From: Auanema rhodensis
Lineage: Eukaryota > Animalia > Nematoda
Direction: 5' to 3'
Assembly (NCBI GenBank): GCA_964057225.1
Contig: OZ059899.1
Location: forward strand, 16,368,001 to 16,432,000
DNA: 64,000 nt
The notes beneath the pieces are model-generated. The model did not search any database, was not told the DNA's origin, and was given only the letters and a program-made list of their open reading frames with translations. A program made the translations under genes and the position numbers. Below, piece after piece: positions 62,401 to 64,000 of this stretch; the stretch's first letter is position 1; every line of letters begins with the position of its first letter.

Positions 62401-63875
62401 AGAATTTGAAAAAACTATCAAAGAACTAGAAGCTGATGGTGAAGAAGTAATGCCAGGTTAGCGGCTTTAAATATAAAGACGTATTGACATTTTCAAATTG
62501 TAGAAGATAATCGAATTTTAAATATGAATGATCTTAAAGCATTCATTGAATGGCCAGAATATGAGTATTGGAGAGGTTTTCTCCGAACACATCAAGATAA
62601 CTCTACGTAAAAATTTTCAAATTTAAATCTTAAAATCAACTGAAAATATTTCAGCGGAACTACAGTGCTTGATAAATTTTTCTTAACAACAGCTTTCAAA
62701 GGAGAATACTTGAAAGAATGGGTTAAAAGAGCTGTGATGCTTAGACAATGGCGATCAATTGTCGATAAATACAGGTAAAATTGGACTTTCTCAAATTATT
62801 TGAAATTAATAATTTCAATTTTAGTCCCGAGTTCAATATTACTGTATTTTCTGATGACGGTATCTATCTAGATTTGATTGACAATATGCCAACTGATACT
62901 TGGCAGGTAAATTGATGATGATTATTGATGCATAATATCTATTTATTATAAAATATACTTAACATATATAATATTTTATTTGTTTCAGTCAGCGGTAGCT
63001 ACTATAGGATGTATGGCATTAATTTGTTTTGTATTCATGTATGACATCTTTACTGTAGTTGTCGCCACTGGTATTATATCTTCAATTATGGCGGGTAAGT
63101 GGATATTCCCAGGATTCAAATTCTGTCATAATTCCGTTTGAAGTTCTCATGAAACTTTTGTATTTCAACAGGTATACTGGGAATATTATCATGGACTGGT
63201 ACTGAACTTGATCCCATCGTTATGGCTGCTTTGATTATCTCAATTGGATTTTCGGTTGATATTCCAGCTCATGTTAGCTACCACTATCACACAGCTGGTT
63301 CGTTTGATATTCTTGTTGAGTAAAGCCCAATATGGAACAGCATAAACAATGAATGAAATCATATACACAGAACTGTTGCTTTGGAGATGCTAAAAACTCG
63401 AAAACAGAGATAAAATGTTTTGTTTCAGGCCGACACGGACGAAAAACCGTTAGATCTCGTCTTCATTATTGTCTCTCCTCAGTAGGATTTCCGGCTATCC
63501 AAGCTTCAATCAGTACCAGTCTTTGCGTACTTTCATTACTGTTTGTGTCCATTTATATGTCTCAGGTAATTAAAAAAATATGTTTATTCACAAAACTATA
63601 TTGTTATTCAAATGTAAATATCATCATTTCATATTTCGTCAATTCATCTCGTGAATGACTCAAATGAAAACTAATTATTTCAGGTTTTTGTGAAAACAAT
63701 GATTCTATGTATGATGTTGTGTGTCATTCACGGCCTTCTACTCATTCCCTGCGTTTGTTCACTTCTTTCTATTGATGCTAAAAGTACTGATGATCAGCAA
63801 AAAAAGCATGAAATACAAACCATACCAACTGGAATCAGAAACAAAGATATAGACATGATCTCATCCAAGCATTAA
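59421..63875 (+). CDS. Patched-related (PTR) RND/sterol-sensing-domain protein
   Basis: ENDITGYTPYGARARDE; TPFLVLAIGVDDAYLMIHAW; TGPAIIISALTN; LDPIVMAALIISIGFSVDIPAHVSYHY; VGFPAIQAS; VIHGLLLIP. About 20 exons; I cannot assign the specific ptr ortholog. Confidence 0.93.
59727..59799 (-). tRNA. tRNA-Arg(TCT), intron-less, antisense within a ptr intron
   Basis: GCCCGCGTGGCCTAATGGATAAGGCGTCTGACTTCTAATCAGAAGATTGTCGGTTCGATCCCGGCCGTGGGCT folds into a full cloverleaf with A/B boxes; T6 Pol III terminator a few nt downstream. Confidence 0.96.
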
Positions 63876-64000
63876 TTGTTTTTTTTTCTAACAAATTACT
63901 TAAGATTAACGTAATATTGTGATTATTAATGTATACATAAATATATGAATTATTGAGCCAACTTCATAAAATGAGAAACATAATATGTACGTTAAACGGA

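Overview
AT-rich, gene-dense nematode (rhabditid-type) genomic DNA with many ~40-60 nt GT-AG introns and splice acceptors abutting ATGs, consistent with SL trans-splicing. I spliced about 13 protein-coding genes by hand. In order: ostf-1 (partial, -); a small tail-anchored KASH-like protein (+); a POGZ/ZNF280-type zinc-finger gene (-); the multiplexin collagen XV/XVIII gene cle-1 with three alternative signal-peptide first exons (-); pas-4 (-); rpb-3 and prp-4 (+, operon-like); CRIPT (-); a bifunctional PAM (+); chd-7 (+); dCMP deaminase (+); two convergent TMEM41/DedA paralogs; and a patched-related gene (+). RNA genes are a U1 snRNA and an intronic antisense tRNA-Arg(TCT). No transposase, CRISPR or rRNA was seen. 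The best leads are a candidate hairpin-masked poison microexon in PAM, combinatorial and sterically enforced splicing in cle-1 (FN3-FN3-MAM head, polybasic microexon), the KASH-like orphan, the asymmetric TMEM41 duplicate, an enriched TTCACGTG motif, and a relaxed 3' splice-site consensus (many AAG, one GAG). All homology calls come from recognising motifs, not from database searches.
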